A stretch of 64,000 nucleotides of DNA from the NCBI GenBank assembly GCA_022561385.1, contig JADFRG010000012.1:1071-65070 (forward strand), written 5' to 3'. Positions 10,048 through 19,507 of the stretch are shown in pieces. This stretch comes from Chloroflexota bacterium. Lineage in GTDB: Bacteria > Chloroflexota > Anaerolineae > Anaerolineales > E44-bin32. The notes under the pieces are model-generated. The model was not told where the DNA came from and searched no databases. It saw only the letters and a program-made list of their open reading frames with translations. Position numbers and translations under genes: made by a program. Within the stretch, counting starts at the first letter, position 1. Each line of letters begins with the position of its first letter.

Positions 10048-12033
10048 ATGGCACAGGCCGAACTTCTTCTCAAGAACGCGCATGTGGTCACGATGGACGA
10101 TTCCTTCCAGATTTTCCCGGAGGGGGCGGTGGCCATCCATGAGGGCGAAATTATTGCGGTCGGATCCACCCAGGATTTATTGTCGGAAACTCAGCCGGCC
10201 GAAATTTACGATTGTGATGGGAAGGTATTGATTCCGGGATTGATCAACTCCCACACACACGCAGCCATGACGATGCTGCGCGGATTGGCGGACGACCGCC
10301 AATTAGACGTGTGGCTGCTCGGTTACATGATGCCCGTGGAGCGGGAATTCGTGACCCCCGAATTCTGCCGTCTAGGCACCTTGATTGCCTGCGCCGAGAT
10401 GATCCGCAGCGGAATCACGTGTTTCGCGGATATGTACTACTTCGAAGACACGGTCGCGGAAGCGGTCGCGGAGGTGGGAATGCGCGGGGTGTTGGGTCAG
10501 ACGGTGATGAAGTTCCCCTCGCCGGATGCCGAATCCTACGAGGATTCGCTGGCCGCGACGCGTGAATTTATCCAGCGCTGGCGCGGACACCCGTTGATCG
10601 TTCCATCGGTCGCGCCACATGCCCCATACACTTGCACCGAGCAAATCCTGAAAGAGTGCACCGAACTCGCGCTAGAGTTCGACGTACCGCTTCACATTCA
10701 CATCTCTGAGACGCTGCAAGAGGTCGAGGACTGGCGCGCGACCTACGACATGCCGGTGGTCCCATGGGTCAAAAAGCTTGGTCTCTTTGAGGCCAAGGTT
10801 ATGGCAGCCCACTGCGTTCACATCGATGGGGGTGAGATCCACACCCTCCAGCATGCCGGAGCCGGTGTCTCACACAATCCCTCGAGCAATTTAAAGCTTG
10901 CTTCCGGGTTTGCGCCCGTCACCGAGATGCTGGAGCGCGGCGTTCATGTCGGCATCGGCACGGACGGCCCGGCCTCCAACAATGACTTAGACATGTTTGA
11001 GGAGCTTCGGCTGGCAAGTTTCATAGCGAAGGCCACCACCCACGATCCAACCGCAGCTCCCGCGCGTCAGGTCATGGCGATGGCCACCCGCCTCGGAGCG
11101 AAGGCGCTGTATTTGGATCATCTGACGGGCTCGCTGGAAGTAGGAAAGCGCGCCGATCTCGTCCTGCTCGACCTGAACACCCTGCACTCTCTGCCACACT
11201 TCGACCACGACCCCGACGCGATTTATTCGCGGCTAGTTTATGCCACCAAGTCCACCGACGTCACCGATGTCATGGTGGAGGGCCGCTGGCTGCTGAAAGA
11301 CCGCCAGCTCCAGACCGTCGAGCCCGAGAAGTCGCTTGAGGCCGCCGCGGAATACGCCAAACAGATTGATGCTTTTCTGATCGAACGCGAGGACTCGGTG
11401 GTTTCGAAACTAGTCGCGATCGGCGGCGCGGAACAGGAAGAGAGTTACGAGGTTCAGATCAAGATGCGTCTTCCCGATCTCGAAGCTCTTGTTGACATTC
11501 TCGAGTCCGGCGATTTGGACGTCGTTCGATCGGTGCATTATAGGGAGTACGACACCTACTACACCTTCGATGAACCTGAGCAAGGTCGGATCAGATACCG
11601 AGAGGACGAGTTTATCGACGAATCGGGAGAGGTCTACAACGTCCGTTATCGCCTGACGTTAATTGGCCCGGCGGCCGAACGAGAATTCCCGCAATCGGTG
11701 CTGCTTTCTCGATCGCGGTTCATCGCCCCCGGCACCTACAGCGAGCGATTTTATCGGGAGTACTTCAAGCCAAAACATGAATTTACGATTCACAAGGATC
11801 GACGGCGCTGGTTAATTCGCTTCCAGGAGAAAGATTTTTTTATCAACATTGACCGGTTACTGGAGCCCAAAAATGAGGATCATTTCGTGGAGATTAAGAC
11901 GCGCACCTGGTCGCGTCGGGACGCGGAAGAGAAGGCCGGCCTAATCTTAGAGCTGCTCCAAACGCTGGGGCTGGAGGGTGCCGAGGAAGTCAGGCAGGAA
12001 TACCCGGATCTGGTATTCGAATCCACCTCGTAA
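10048..12033 (+). CDS. mtaD: amidohydrolase (MTA/SAH deaminase-like) fused to a C-terminal CYTH-like domain
   Basis: N-terminal ~435 aa has amidohydrolase motifs (LIPGLINSHTHAAMT, metal-ligand HIHISE). C-terminal ~195 aa begins YEVQIKMRL (ExQxK in place of the CYTH ExExK, 11449-11463) and ends HFVEIKTRTW. Confidence 0.8.
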   Translation: MAQAELLLKNAHVVTMDDSFQIFPEGAVAIHEGEIIAVGSTQDLLSETQPAEIYDCDGKVLIPGLINSHTHAAMTMLRGLADDRQLDVWLLGYMMPVEREFVTPEFCRLGTLIACAEMIRSGITCFADMYYFEDTVAEAVAEVGMRGVLGQTVMKFPSPDAESYEDSLAATREFIQRWRGHPLIVPSVAPHAPYTCTEQILKECTELALEFDVPLHIHISETLQEVEDWRATYDMPVVPWVKKLGLFEAKVMAAHCVHIDGGEIHTLQHAGAGVSHNPSSNLKLASGFAPVTEMLERGVHVGIGTDGPASNNDLDMFEELRLASFIAKATTHDPTAAPARQVMAMATRLGAKALYLDHLTGSLEVGKRADLVLLDLNTLHSLPHFDHDPDAIYSRLVYATKSTDVTDVMVEGRWLLKDRQLQTVEPEKSLEAAAEYAKQIDAFLIEREDSVVSKLVAIGGAEQEESYEVQIKMRLPDLEALVDILESGDLDVVRSVHYREYDTYYTFDEPEQGRIRYREDEFIDESGEVYNVRYRLTLIGPAAEREFPQSVLLSRSRFIAPGTYSERFYREYFKPKHEFTIHKDRRRWLIRFQEKDFFINIDRLLEPKNEDHFVEIKTRTWSRRDAEEKAGLILELLQTLGLEGAEEVRQEYPDLVFESTS

Positions 12034-12059
12034 GTCGGTAGGCCCCGGAAGGTGGAGAA

Positions 12060-12085
12060 AGCAAGTGCCCAGCTGGGCGCTTGTT
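12060..12085. terminator. palindromic hairpin between convergent mtaD and mutS (possible bidirectional terminator)
   Basis: AGCAAGTGCCCAG/CTGGGCGCTTGTT gives about 11 bp with two G-U pairs. TTGTTGTT follows on plus and TTTCTCC on minus. Confidence 0.4.
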
Positions 12086-12111
12086 GTTGCCGTCTACAGA
12101 TCCCGGATGCC

Positions 12112-14655
12112 CTAGTCTGTTTTAGTCAATCGCCGCTGCCACTCGTAGAGCAGGTTCAGTGCCTCCAGCGGCGTGAGTTCATCTACCGATAATGCCTCGA
12201 GATCGTCAAGTATCGGATGCTTGCCTGCAAAAAGCGGCAGCTGGGACGAGGCCGATCCATGATCGCCTCCTCCCTGCTCCTCAAGCTCAAGCAGCAGTTC
12301 CTGAGCGCGCTGGATGACGCCGCGCGGCAGGCCCGCCAGTCCAGCCACGTGAATGCCATACGATTTGTCGGCCCCGCCCGGGACGATCTTGTGTAGGAAG
12401 ACGACCTTTCCTCGCTCCTCACTTACCGCCACATTGTAGTTACGCACCCCGGGCAGACTCTCGGCCAGCCGCGTGAGCTCGTTGTAATGGGTGGCCACGA
12501 GTGCCCGCGCTCGCAGGCGGGGATGGCTGTGGATAAACTCCACAATTGCCCAGGCAATCGACAATCCGTCGTAAGTACTCGTCCCCCGGCCGATCTCGTC
12601 CAGGATAAGCAGACTGCGGTTTGTGGCGTTGTGCAGCAGGTTGGCGGTCTCAAGCATCTCGACCATGAAGGTCGATTGGCCGGCGTGAATTTCGTCCTGC
12701 GCGCCTATGCGGGAGAAGATTCGGTCCGCCAATCCGATCCTGGCCGAGCGGGCAGGCACGAAGCTTCCGATCTGGGCCATCAGCACGATCAGCGCCACCT
12801 GACGGAGATAGGTGGACTTACCGGACATATTAGGGCCGGTGATGACCCGTATACGCTCCCCCTGCTCGAACACCGCGTCGTTGGGCACAAAGCGCGGCGT
12901 AAAGTTTTCAACTACCGGGTGTCGCCCGTCCCGGATCTCAAGCACCTGTCCCTCCACAACTTCGGGCTGTACCCAACCCCGGCTGGCGGCCGTCTCGGCC
13001 AGGCCCGCGTAGGCATCGAGTTCCCCCAGGGTGCGCGCGCTCTCCAGCAGCCTCGAGGCGCTACCGCCGACTTTCCGGCAGAGCGCGGCGAAAAGAGCTT
13101 TCTCGAGCCGTCGAATTTCCTGCTCCGCCGAAAGCACCTGAGATTCGTATTCCTTCATTTCCGGCGTGATGTAGCGCTCGGCGTTGATCAGCGTCTGCTT
13201 CCGGATGTAGGTATCCGGCACACGCTCCGCGTTGGCTTTGGTGACCTCGATGTAGTAGCCGAAGACCTTGTTGTATCCGACCTTGAGACTTCCGATTCCG
13301 GTGCGTTCGCGCTCCTGCGCTTCGAGATCTGCGATCCAATCCCGTGCTCCCCGTGAAGCCTGCAACACGGCATCCAATTCATCCGAGTAGCCCGTCTTGA
13401 TTATCCCAATGTGGTTCAGCGTAGCGGGAGGAGCATCGACCAGCGCCGCTTCCAGTTCCTCAAGCAGCTCGCGGCAGGGGTCGAGCCGATCTCCGAGCTC
13501 CGCCAGCGGCTCATCGGCGAGCCGTCCCTTGAGCCCCGGAATCGCTTTCAGCGCATGCCGCAGGGCATCCAAATCCCTCGGCGTGGCAACGCCGGCCGCG
13601 GCCCGGTTGGTGATCCGCTCGAGATCCGGCAGCTGCTTGAGTTCGTTCCGCAGTGCCGATCGCTGAAGTCCGTTCTCGAAGTGGGCCCGCACGTGTGCCA
13701 ATCGCGAGTGGATGCGCGCCCGATCGACCAGCGGTTGATTGACCCAGCGGCGGAGCGTCCGGCGACCCATGGGCGAGACGGTGCCGTCCAACACGCCCAG
13801 GAGTGAGCCATCGACCTGGCGCGTCCGGATGGTCTCGGTTAATTCGAGGTTTCGTCGCGTGGCCGCGTCCAGGACCATAAAATCTGCGATCGAGTAGATC
13901 GAGAGGCTGGTCAACGAGGTGAGAGCCGCGGACTGCGTATCTTTCAGGTAGTGGATAATCGCTCCTGCCGCGCGGACGGCGAGCGGCAAACCTTCCAGGC
14001 CGTAACCCTCCAGGTGGCTGACGCTGAGATGGACTTTGAGGTCCTCTTCCGTGGAGTCGGCCGCAAAATGCCACTCTGAGAGCGCCGTGAGGTGGCCAGA
14101 GAGCGAATCTCCCATGGATAAGGTTTCTGGATAGAGGATCTCGGCTGGAGCGAGCCGGTGTAGTTCCTGCCGCATTGCGCTGGCCGGGTCATGCGACTCT
14201 ATTTGAGTGGTGGCAAATTCACCGGTGCTGACGTCCGCATAAGCCACACCCACTGTGTTGCGATCCAGCACCACCGCTGCCAGATAGTTGTTGGCATCGC
14301 CGGGCAGCAGGCCGGCCTCCAGGACCGTGCCCGGGGTGACGACTCGGACGACCTCCCGGGGGAAAAGACCCTCCACCGGGCCGTCTCCGACCTGTTCGCA
14401 GATCGCCACATGGTAGCCCTTTTCGATCAGCCGCATCAAATAGTTCTCGGCCGCGTGGTAGGGAATGCCTGCCATGGGGATGCGACTGCCCTTCGCCACG
14501 TTGCGCGAGGTAAGCACGATGTCCAGCTCTTTGGAGGTTATTTCTGCGTCGCGGTCGAAAGTCTCGTAGAAATCCCCGAGCCGAAAGAACAAGATCGCGT
14601 CTGGATACTGACGTTTGATGTCCAAATACTGCTTGCGCACCGGTGTGAGTTTCAT
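12112..14655 (-). CDS. mutS: DNA mismatch repair protein MutS
   Basis: Walker [10 protein letters not shown]. Full MutS domain order. I prefer ATG 14655 ([10 protein letters not shown], a typical MutS N-terminus) over the track start 14688. Confidence 0.92.
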   Translation of the reverse strand: MKLTPVRKQYLDIKRQYPDAILFFRLGDFYETFDRDAEITSKELDIVLTSRNVAKGSRIPMAGIPYHAAENYLMRLIEKGYHVAICEQVGDGPVEGLFPREVVRVVTPGTVLEAGLLPGDANNYLAAVVLDRNTVGVAYADVSTGEFATTQIESHDPASAMRQELHRLAPAEILYPETLSMGDSLSGHLTALSEWHFAADSTEEDLKVHLSVSHLEGYGLEGLPLAVRAAGAIIHYLKDTQSAALTSLTSLSIYSIADFMVLDAATRRNLELTETIRTRQVDGSLLGVLDGTVSPMGRRTLRRWVNQPLVDRARIHSRLAHVRAHFENGLQRSALRNELKQLPDLERITNRAAAGVATPRDLDALRHALKAIPGLKGRLADEPLAELGDRLDPCRELLEELEAALVDAPPATLNHIGIIKTGYSDELDAVLQASRGARDWIADLEAQERERTGIGSLKVGYNKVFGYYIEVTKANAERVPDTYIRKQTLINAERYITPEMKEYESQVLSAEQEIRRLEKALFAALCRKVGGSASRLLESARTLGELDAYAGLAETAASRGWVQPEVVEGQVLEIRDGRHPVVENFTPRFVPNDAVFEQGERIRVITGPNMSGKSTYLRQVALIVLMAQIGSFVPARSARIGLADRIFSRIGAQDEIHAGQSTFMVEMLETANLLHNATNRSLLILDEIGRGTSTYDGLSIAWAIVEFIHSHPRLRARALVATHYNELTRLAESLPGVRNYNVAVSEERGKVVFLHKIVPGGADKSYGIHVAGLAGLPRGVIQRAQELLLELEEQGGGDHGSASSQLPLFAGKHPILDDLEALSVDELTPLEALNLLYEWQRRLTKTD

Positions 14656-14663
14656 CAGCCAGC

Positions 14664-14669
14664 ATTCTA
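14664..14669 (-). promoter_or_regulatory. -10-like TAGAAT 8 nt upstream of mutS ATG 14655
   Basis: Minus strand reads TAGAATgctggctgATG with no SD. No good -35. Confidence 0.35.
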
Positions 14670-14751
14670 ATCTCTCTGAAATGGCCATGATATGATCTGC
14701 CGGGCACTCGGAGATATCTCTTTCTCGTACCTCCTTTCACTCCATGGAAAA

Positions 14752-16353
14752 ATGCAGCTTCTAAGACGGCCGGGTACCTGGCGTTGGAGCCTTGGGGGTG
14801 CTGCTCTCTTGCTGGGGCTGCTGTCGGGCTGCGCCGCGGATCCGGGCGCTGAGCGCGAGCTGAATTACGGCCTGACGCTGGCACCTACCGGAATCGATCC
14901 CCACATCAACGCCTCCGTAGAGCTTGGGATTCCCCTGAGCTCCGTCTACGACACGTTAATTTTCCAGGATCCAGACACCGGCGAATTTGTGCCGGGACTG
15001 GCGGTGGAGTGGTCCATCTCCGCCGACGGGCTGAGCTACACCTTCATCCTGCGCGAGGACGTCGTGTTCCACGACGGCACCAATTTTGATGCGGCGGCGG
15101 TGGTGGCAAACATTGACTACGTGCGGGATCCGGATCACCGATCTCAGAAGGCGGCCGCCATGCTGGGGCCGCTCGATAAAGTCGAAGTACTCAGTCCCAA
15201 CGTAGTAGAGTTCCGTCTGGATCGACCCTACGCACCTCTGCTCGATTCCCTGTCGCAGGTGTACCTGGGCATGGCTTCGCCGAGCGCGCTTGAAAAATGG
15301 GGCCCGGCTGAATACCAATTCCATCAAGTAGGTACCGGCCCATTCCGTTTTGTCGAATACCTTCCCAACGACCGCCTCGTTCTCGAGCGTAATCCGGACT
15401 ACGCCTGGGCTCCGGAAATCTACCGCAGGGACTCGCCGGCCATCGATCGGATCACATTTCGCTTCTACGAGGATCCGGCCACGCGTGCGCTGGCTCTGGA
15501 AGGCGGTCAGGTGGACATCATCGGGGAGCTGCCCCACCTGGAAGCGGATCGGCTGGCAAAATCATCCGACTTCAACATCGATCCGGTGCCTATACCGGGC
15601 CAGCCTCTGCAGCTGATTTTTAATACGGCACGCGCCCCAACCGACGACGTTACGGTTCGACAAGCGCTGGTGCTCGGGGTCGATCGATCCAGAATTGTGG
15701 AAACCGTTTTCGGCGGGTATTCCCCGGTCGCGGCCGGCCCGCTTTCGGCGAATTCATTCGGCTTCGCGGCCGACTCCGCATTTCCCGAGTTCGATCCGGA
15801 GTTCGCCTCCGAGCTGCTCGAGCGGGCGGGCTGGACTCTACCGGATGGCAGCGACGTGCGCCGCATGGGGGATGCTGACCTTCAGCTTGCTCTGGTTGTC
15901 CCACCCTGGGGCTCAAACCCGGAAGTCGGCCAGCTGGTCGCGTCGGCATGGGAGCAGCTTGGCGCGCGCGTGACTCTGACGGTGGCGCCTGGATTCGGAC
16001 CGCTTAACGAGGCGCGCGCGCAGGGCGAATACAGCGCCATCGGGATGAACTCGTTCGGCACGGATCCCGATCTTCTGCGCCCGTTCTACGACTCCGAGGG
16101 CTTCTTCAACTGGAGCGATTATCGAGATCCGGAACTCGACGCGCTGTTGGATGCAGCTGCCGAATCGTTCACTTCCCTGGATCGTCGCGAACAGCTCTAC
16201 CAGGATTTCGCGGCGCAGGTTCGCGACCAGTGGCTGATCCTTCCGGTGCGTGACTATGTGAATTTAGTAGGCTCCAGCCAAAAAGTAGAAGGACTCCGCT
16301 TTTCTGCTCAGGGATGGTTCCCCTATCTGAACGATCTAGAATTACGGCCTTAG
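14752..16353 (+). CDS. ABC transporter substrate-binding lipoprotein, family 5 (peptide/nickel type)
   Basis: Lipobox-like LLLGLLSGC after ATG 14752 (track start 14692 is less likely). Family-5 SBP length and composition. Confidence 0.85.
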   Translation: MQLLRRPGTWRWSLGGAALLLGLLSGCAADPGAERELNYGLTLAPTGIDPHINASVELGIPLSSVYDTLIFQDPDTGEFVPGLAVEWSISADGLSYTFILREDVVFHDGTNFDAAAVVANIDYVRDPDHRSQKAAAMLGPLDKVEVLSPNVVEFRLDRPYAPLLDSLSQVYLGMASPSALEKWGPAEYQFHQVGTGPFRFVEYLPNDRLVLERNPDYAWAPEIYRRDSPAIDRITFRFYEDPATRALALEGGQVDIIGELPHLEADRLAKSSDFNIDPVPIPGQPLQLIFNTARAPTDDVTVRQALVLGVDRSRIVETVFGGYSPVAAGPLSANSFGFAADSAFPEFDPEFASELLERAGWTLPDGSDVRRMGDADLQLALVVPPWGSNPEVGQLVASAWEQLGARVTLTVAPGFGPLNEARAQGEYSAIGMNSFGTDPDLLRPFYDSEGFFNWSDYRDPELDALLDAAAESFTSLDRREQLYQDFAAQVRDQWLILPVRDYVNLVGSSQKVEGLRFSAQGWFPYLNDLELRP

Positions 16354-17258
16354 TAGCGCTGGCACGCCGCCTGGGTGCCGGATTAGTGACCGCCCTGGCG
16401 GCTGTCTCGCTAACTTTCTTCGCGCTGCGGCTCGCGGCAGGCGACCCGGTGGCCAGCCTGCTCTCCCAGGGACTCACGACTCCGGCACAAGCCGAGGCCA
16501 TACGTCGCAGTCTCGGGTACGACCTCCCACTTCTCCAGCAATATCTCCACTTCCTCACCAATTTGACGCGCGGCGATCTTGGCGTTTCGCTCTACTCCGG
16601 ACAGCCGGTCGCCGCTATCCTTAGTTCCCAATTGGCGAGCACCCTGCAACTCGCGACGCTCAGCCTGGTTTTTGCACTGCCGCTTGGAATCCTGCTGGGA
16701 TCCATAAGTAGTTGGAAGACCCGGCCCACGGCGCGGCGCATTGCAACCACGCTTTCGGGCCTGGCCACCTCACTTCCGGTGGCGACTACCGGTGTCATCA
16801 GTCTGTTAATTGTGAGTCTGTTGGCTCGCGGCCGGGTGCGCGGAATTCAGCTGTGGCTGCCAGCGCTGGTGCTGGGTTTCGCGGCAGCCGGCCCGTTCGC
16901 GCGCGCAGTGCATTCTGGGCTTGAATCCAGCTTGAGCTCGCCCTTCATCCTGGCGGCTAAGGCGCGTGGTTTGCGCCGCGGTCGAAGGATCTATTGGCAT
17001 GCTCTGCGGCCGGCCTTGCCCGCTGCGATCGCTCTGATCTCACTGGAGGCCGCCTTCCTGTTCGCAGGAACGGTGGTGACCGAAACCGTATTCTCCCGTC
17101 CGGGCCTGGGAAGGACACTTGTCCGTTCCATCCTTCAAGCGGATTTTCCGGTCGCACAAGGCATTGTGGCGCTGGCGGCCCTCATCTATGTGGGAAGCCA
17201 GATGCTCGCGGACGGGCTTGGCTGGGTCCTGGATCCACGCCTTCGGGGGTCCGGCTAG
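16314..17258 (+). CDS. ABC transporter permease (DppB/OppB type)
   Basis: N-terminal FFALRLAAGDP motif and six predicted TM segments. The start is uncertain and overlaps the SBP end. Confidence 0.85.
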   Translation: MVPLSERSRITALVALARRLGAGLVTALAAVSLTFFALRLAAGDPVASLLSQGLTTPAQAEAIRRSLGYDLPLLQQYLHFLTNLTRGDLGVSLYSGQPVAAILSSQLASTLQLATLSLVFALPLGILLGSISSWKTRPTARRIATTLSGLATSLPVATTGVISLLIVSLLARGRVRGIQLWLPALVLGFAAAGPFARAVHSGLESSLSSPFILAAKARGLRRGRRIYWHALRPALPAAIALISLEAAFLFAGTVVTETVFSRPGLGRTLVRSILQADFPVAQGIVALAALIYVGSQMLADGLGWVLDPRLRGSG

Positions 17259-17364
17259 ATGAGTACCCGAACCAAGTTGCGGCCGAATTTCCACGATCCG
17301 ATTGCGTGTGGCAATCAACTCCTCAATATCGGTGAGGGATCTCCATGTTGACCTCTCGGATCAT

Positions 17365-17439
17365 GTCATTGCGAGGAGTGCAGCGACGAAGCAATCCCCA
17401 ACACTCAGGAGGAGATTGCTTCGCTACGCTCGCAATGAC
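17365..17439 (+). repeat. 75-bp bulged-hairpin repeat, copy A (forward)
   Basis: GTCATTGCGAGGAGTGCAGCGACGAAGCAATCCCCAACACTCAGGAGGAGATTGCTTCGCTACGCTCGCAATGAC. Lies between the two permease genes. Confidence 0.95.
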
Positions 17440-17456
17440 ATGGCGCAAAAAGGGGC

Positions 17457-17474
17457 AGGTCGCGGGTGCGACCT
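17457..17474 (+). other. short hairpin AGGTCGC-GGGT-GCGACCT downstream of repeat copy A
   Basis: 7-bp stem and a tetraloop, followed by TCTCAGGATTTC (weak T tract). Same stem sequence as the terminator at 57801. Confidence 0.3.
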
Positions 17475-17621
17475 TCTCAGGATTTCAACGAAGCGGGATG
17501 TGCGTTAGCAGCAGCCTTCCGTGTGGGCGTGCGACGCTTCCTAGGCCCGAAACGAGGTGCGACTGGGACCTTCATCGGACAGGAATTGTAGGAATGAAGT
17601 GCTTCCCGGTTCTACTAAGGA

Positions 17622-18407
17622 TTGGATGAATTAGTGACGAGATACCTAGCATGGGGCTGGCTGGTGACGATGTTAGGCATCGCGCTGTTGGCTCCCTGGT
17701 TGAGCCCAAATCCCCCCAATCAATCGCTCTTCGCCCCGCTGGCGCCGCCCAGGGCCGGGCTACTTCTCGGAGCGGACGCCCTGGGTAGAGATTTTCTAGT
17801 GAGAATGATGTATGGCGCCCGCTTGAGCCTGCTGTTGGCCGGGCTGGCGGCCGCAGTTACGCTGATTGTGGGCGGCACGGCCGGATTCTCCGCGGCCATC
17901 GTCGGCGGGCGCTACGAGTTAACAATCAATTGGTTGTCCAACGTGCTGCTCGCCATTCCCGGCTTGCTGCTGGCCATGTTGTTTGTGGCTGCTTGGGGAC
18001 CCGGGATCGCGGCGGTGGTCCTGGCGGTCGGGATTGGCTTCGCACCCAGCTTCGGAAGGGTGACGCGTACGATAGCCAGACGGCTCCTGACCGAAGGTTA
18101 TGTGATGGCCGCTCGTGCCAGCGGCGGCGGCCGGCTGTGGATCGCTTCCCGTCATCTGCTGCCCAACTCTTTGCCCGAGCTGGCCTCCTATGCGGGGACC
18201 TATTTGGCCTGGACCTTTCTGGCAGTTACGACGCTCACCTTCCTGGGCCTTGCCGGAGATCCCTCAATCCCCGAATGGGGAGCGCTGCTGGACAGCAGTC
18301 GTGCACACCTGCTCTCTGCGCCCAGGCTTGCAGCGGCTCCCGCCCTGGCCATCTCGCTCACGGTCCTGGCGGTCCACGCGGTGGTAAGAAAAGAATCCCT
18401 TCCTTGA
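17622..18407 (+). CDS. ABC transporter permease (DppC/OppC type)
   Basis: 261 aa, polytopic, typical OppC-like N-terminus. TTG track start; GTG 17634 is an alternative. Confidence 0.85.
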   Translation: MDELVTRYLAWGWLVTMLGIALLAPWLSPNPPNQSLFAPLAPPRAGLLLGADALGRDFLVRMMYGARLSLLLAGLAAAVTLIVGGTAGFSAAIVGGRYELTINWLSNVLLAIPGLLLAMLFVAAWGPGIAAVVLAVGIGFAPSFGRVTRTIARRLLTEGYVMAARASGGGRLWIASRHLLPNSLPELASYAGTYLAWTFLAVTTLTFLGLAGDPSIPEWGALLDSSRAHLLSAPRLAAAPALAISLTVLAVHAVVRKESLP

Positions 18408-18512
18408 GCGATCTGCAACAATCCGCACTTCTTTTGCTTTAGCTCGCAAAGGCGCCGAGGTTTGCCTGACCTGTCTTAAATTCACCGCCGTTTGGCGCGC
18501 ACGCCTCCGTTT

Positions 18513-18521
18513 TGGTATGCT
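18513..18521 (+). promoter_or_regulatory. extended -10 TGgTATGCT 8 nt upstream of the PiT ATG
   Basis: TGGTATGCTccgtctcgATG with no SD. Confidence 0.4.
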
Positions 18522-18529
18522 CCGTCTCG

Positions 18530-19507
18530 ATGTTCTATGTATTTATCGCACTGGCTCTAGGGTTCGACTTCCTCAATGGGTTGCACGATAGTTCCAACCT
18601 GGTAGCTACGGTGATCTCTTCGCGCGCGATGCGGCCGAGGGTCGCGCTGATAATAGCTGCCGGCGCGGTTTTCGTCGGCCCATTCTTGTTCGGGGTCGCG
18701 GTCGCTACCACCATCGGCAGTTCCTTACTGGTGGCGGAAGCCATTACACAGACCGTTGTGATGGCGGCTCTGATATCGGCCGTGATCTGGAACCTGGTCA
18801 CCTGGTATCTGGGTATCCCGTCCAGCTCGTCCCACGCACTGCTGGGAGGACTGCTGGGAGCGGCCGTCCTGGCCGCAGGGTTTTCTGCGATTCGGGTCGA
18901 TGGGTTATTAAAAATCCTGACCGCGCTGTTTCTGTCGCCTCTCATCGGGCTGCTGGTTGGCTTCTCGGCCATGCGCATCACGCGGTGGGTTGTTCGCAAT
19001 TCCGCTCCCAGCGTCAATACCGGTTTTCGGCGCCTGCAAATTCCCACGCTTATAGGGCTGGCCCTGAGCCACGGATCCAACGACGCTCAGAAGACCATGG
19101 GGGTGATAGCGCTGGGCCTCCTATCGGCTGGGCGCATCGAGACTTTTTTCATACCGAGCTGGGTGATTCTCATCAGTGCACTTGCAATCGCCCTGGGCAC
19201 TGTGTTGGGAGGCTGGAGATTGATCCGTACCCTCGGGGGCAGGATTTATAAGATACGGCCCATCCACGGTTTCACGTCGCAGATCGCGGGAGCGGGGGTG
19301 ATCCTTAGCGCCTCCGTTTTGGGTGGCCCGGTCAGCACGACGCATGTGATGAGCTCTGCGATTGTGGGGGCTGGGGCGGGAGAGCGGGCCAACAAGGTAC
19401 GCTGGAATGTCATGCGCCACATGGTCAATGCTTGGCTGCTGACGATCCCTATCACCTCTATCATTGCAGCGATTGTATATTTCGGGCTGGACCAGATCCT
19501 TCGCTAA
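18530..19507 (+). CDS. pit: inorganic phosphate transporter, PiT family
   Basis: PHO4 repeats GLHDSSN and GSNDAQKTMG. Preferred ATG 18530 (MFYVFIALALGFDFLNG). Confidence 0.9.
   Translation: MFYVFIALALGFDFLNGLHDSSNLVATVISSRAMRPRVALIIAAGAVFVGPFLFGVAVATTIGSSLLVAEAITQTVVMAALISAVIWNLVTWYLGIPSSSSHALLGGLLGAAVLAAGFSAIRVDGLLKILTALFLSPLIGLLVGFSAMRITRWVVRNSAPSVNTGFRRLQIPTLIGLALSHGSNDAQKTMGVIALGLLSAGRIETFFIPSWVILISALAIALGTVLGGWRLIRTLGGRIYKIRPIHGFTSQIAGAGVILSASVLGGPVSTTHVMSSAIVGAGAGERANKVRWNVMRHMVNAWLLTIPITSIIAAIVYFGLDQILR

Noticed and set aside
12487-13356. Long antisense or alternative-frame ORFs inside real genes: 12487-13356 in mutS, and also 21765-22541, 33463-34152, 53249-53932, 56601-57230 and 61176-62043.
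   Set aside because: This is typical stop-poor shadow-frame behaviour in high-GC DNA. The products are Arg/Pro/Gly-rich and low in complexity with no family resemblance. The opposite-strand genes are unambiguous.
17302-17629. Track ORFs overlapping repeat copies: 17302-17508 and 17345-17629 here, and also 35005-35193, 36431-36709 and 46078-46314.
   Set aside because: Their conserved parts (IASLRSQ, CEERSD.AIPN, LLRYARND, SLRGVQRRSNP) are simply translations of the 75-bp element in different frames. There is no SD and no coding-like flanks.
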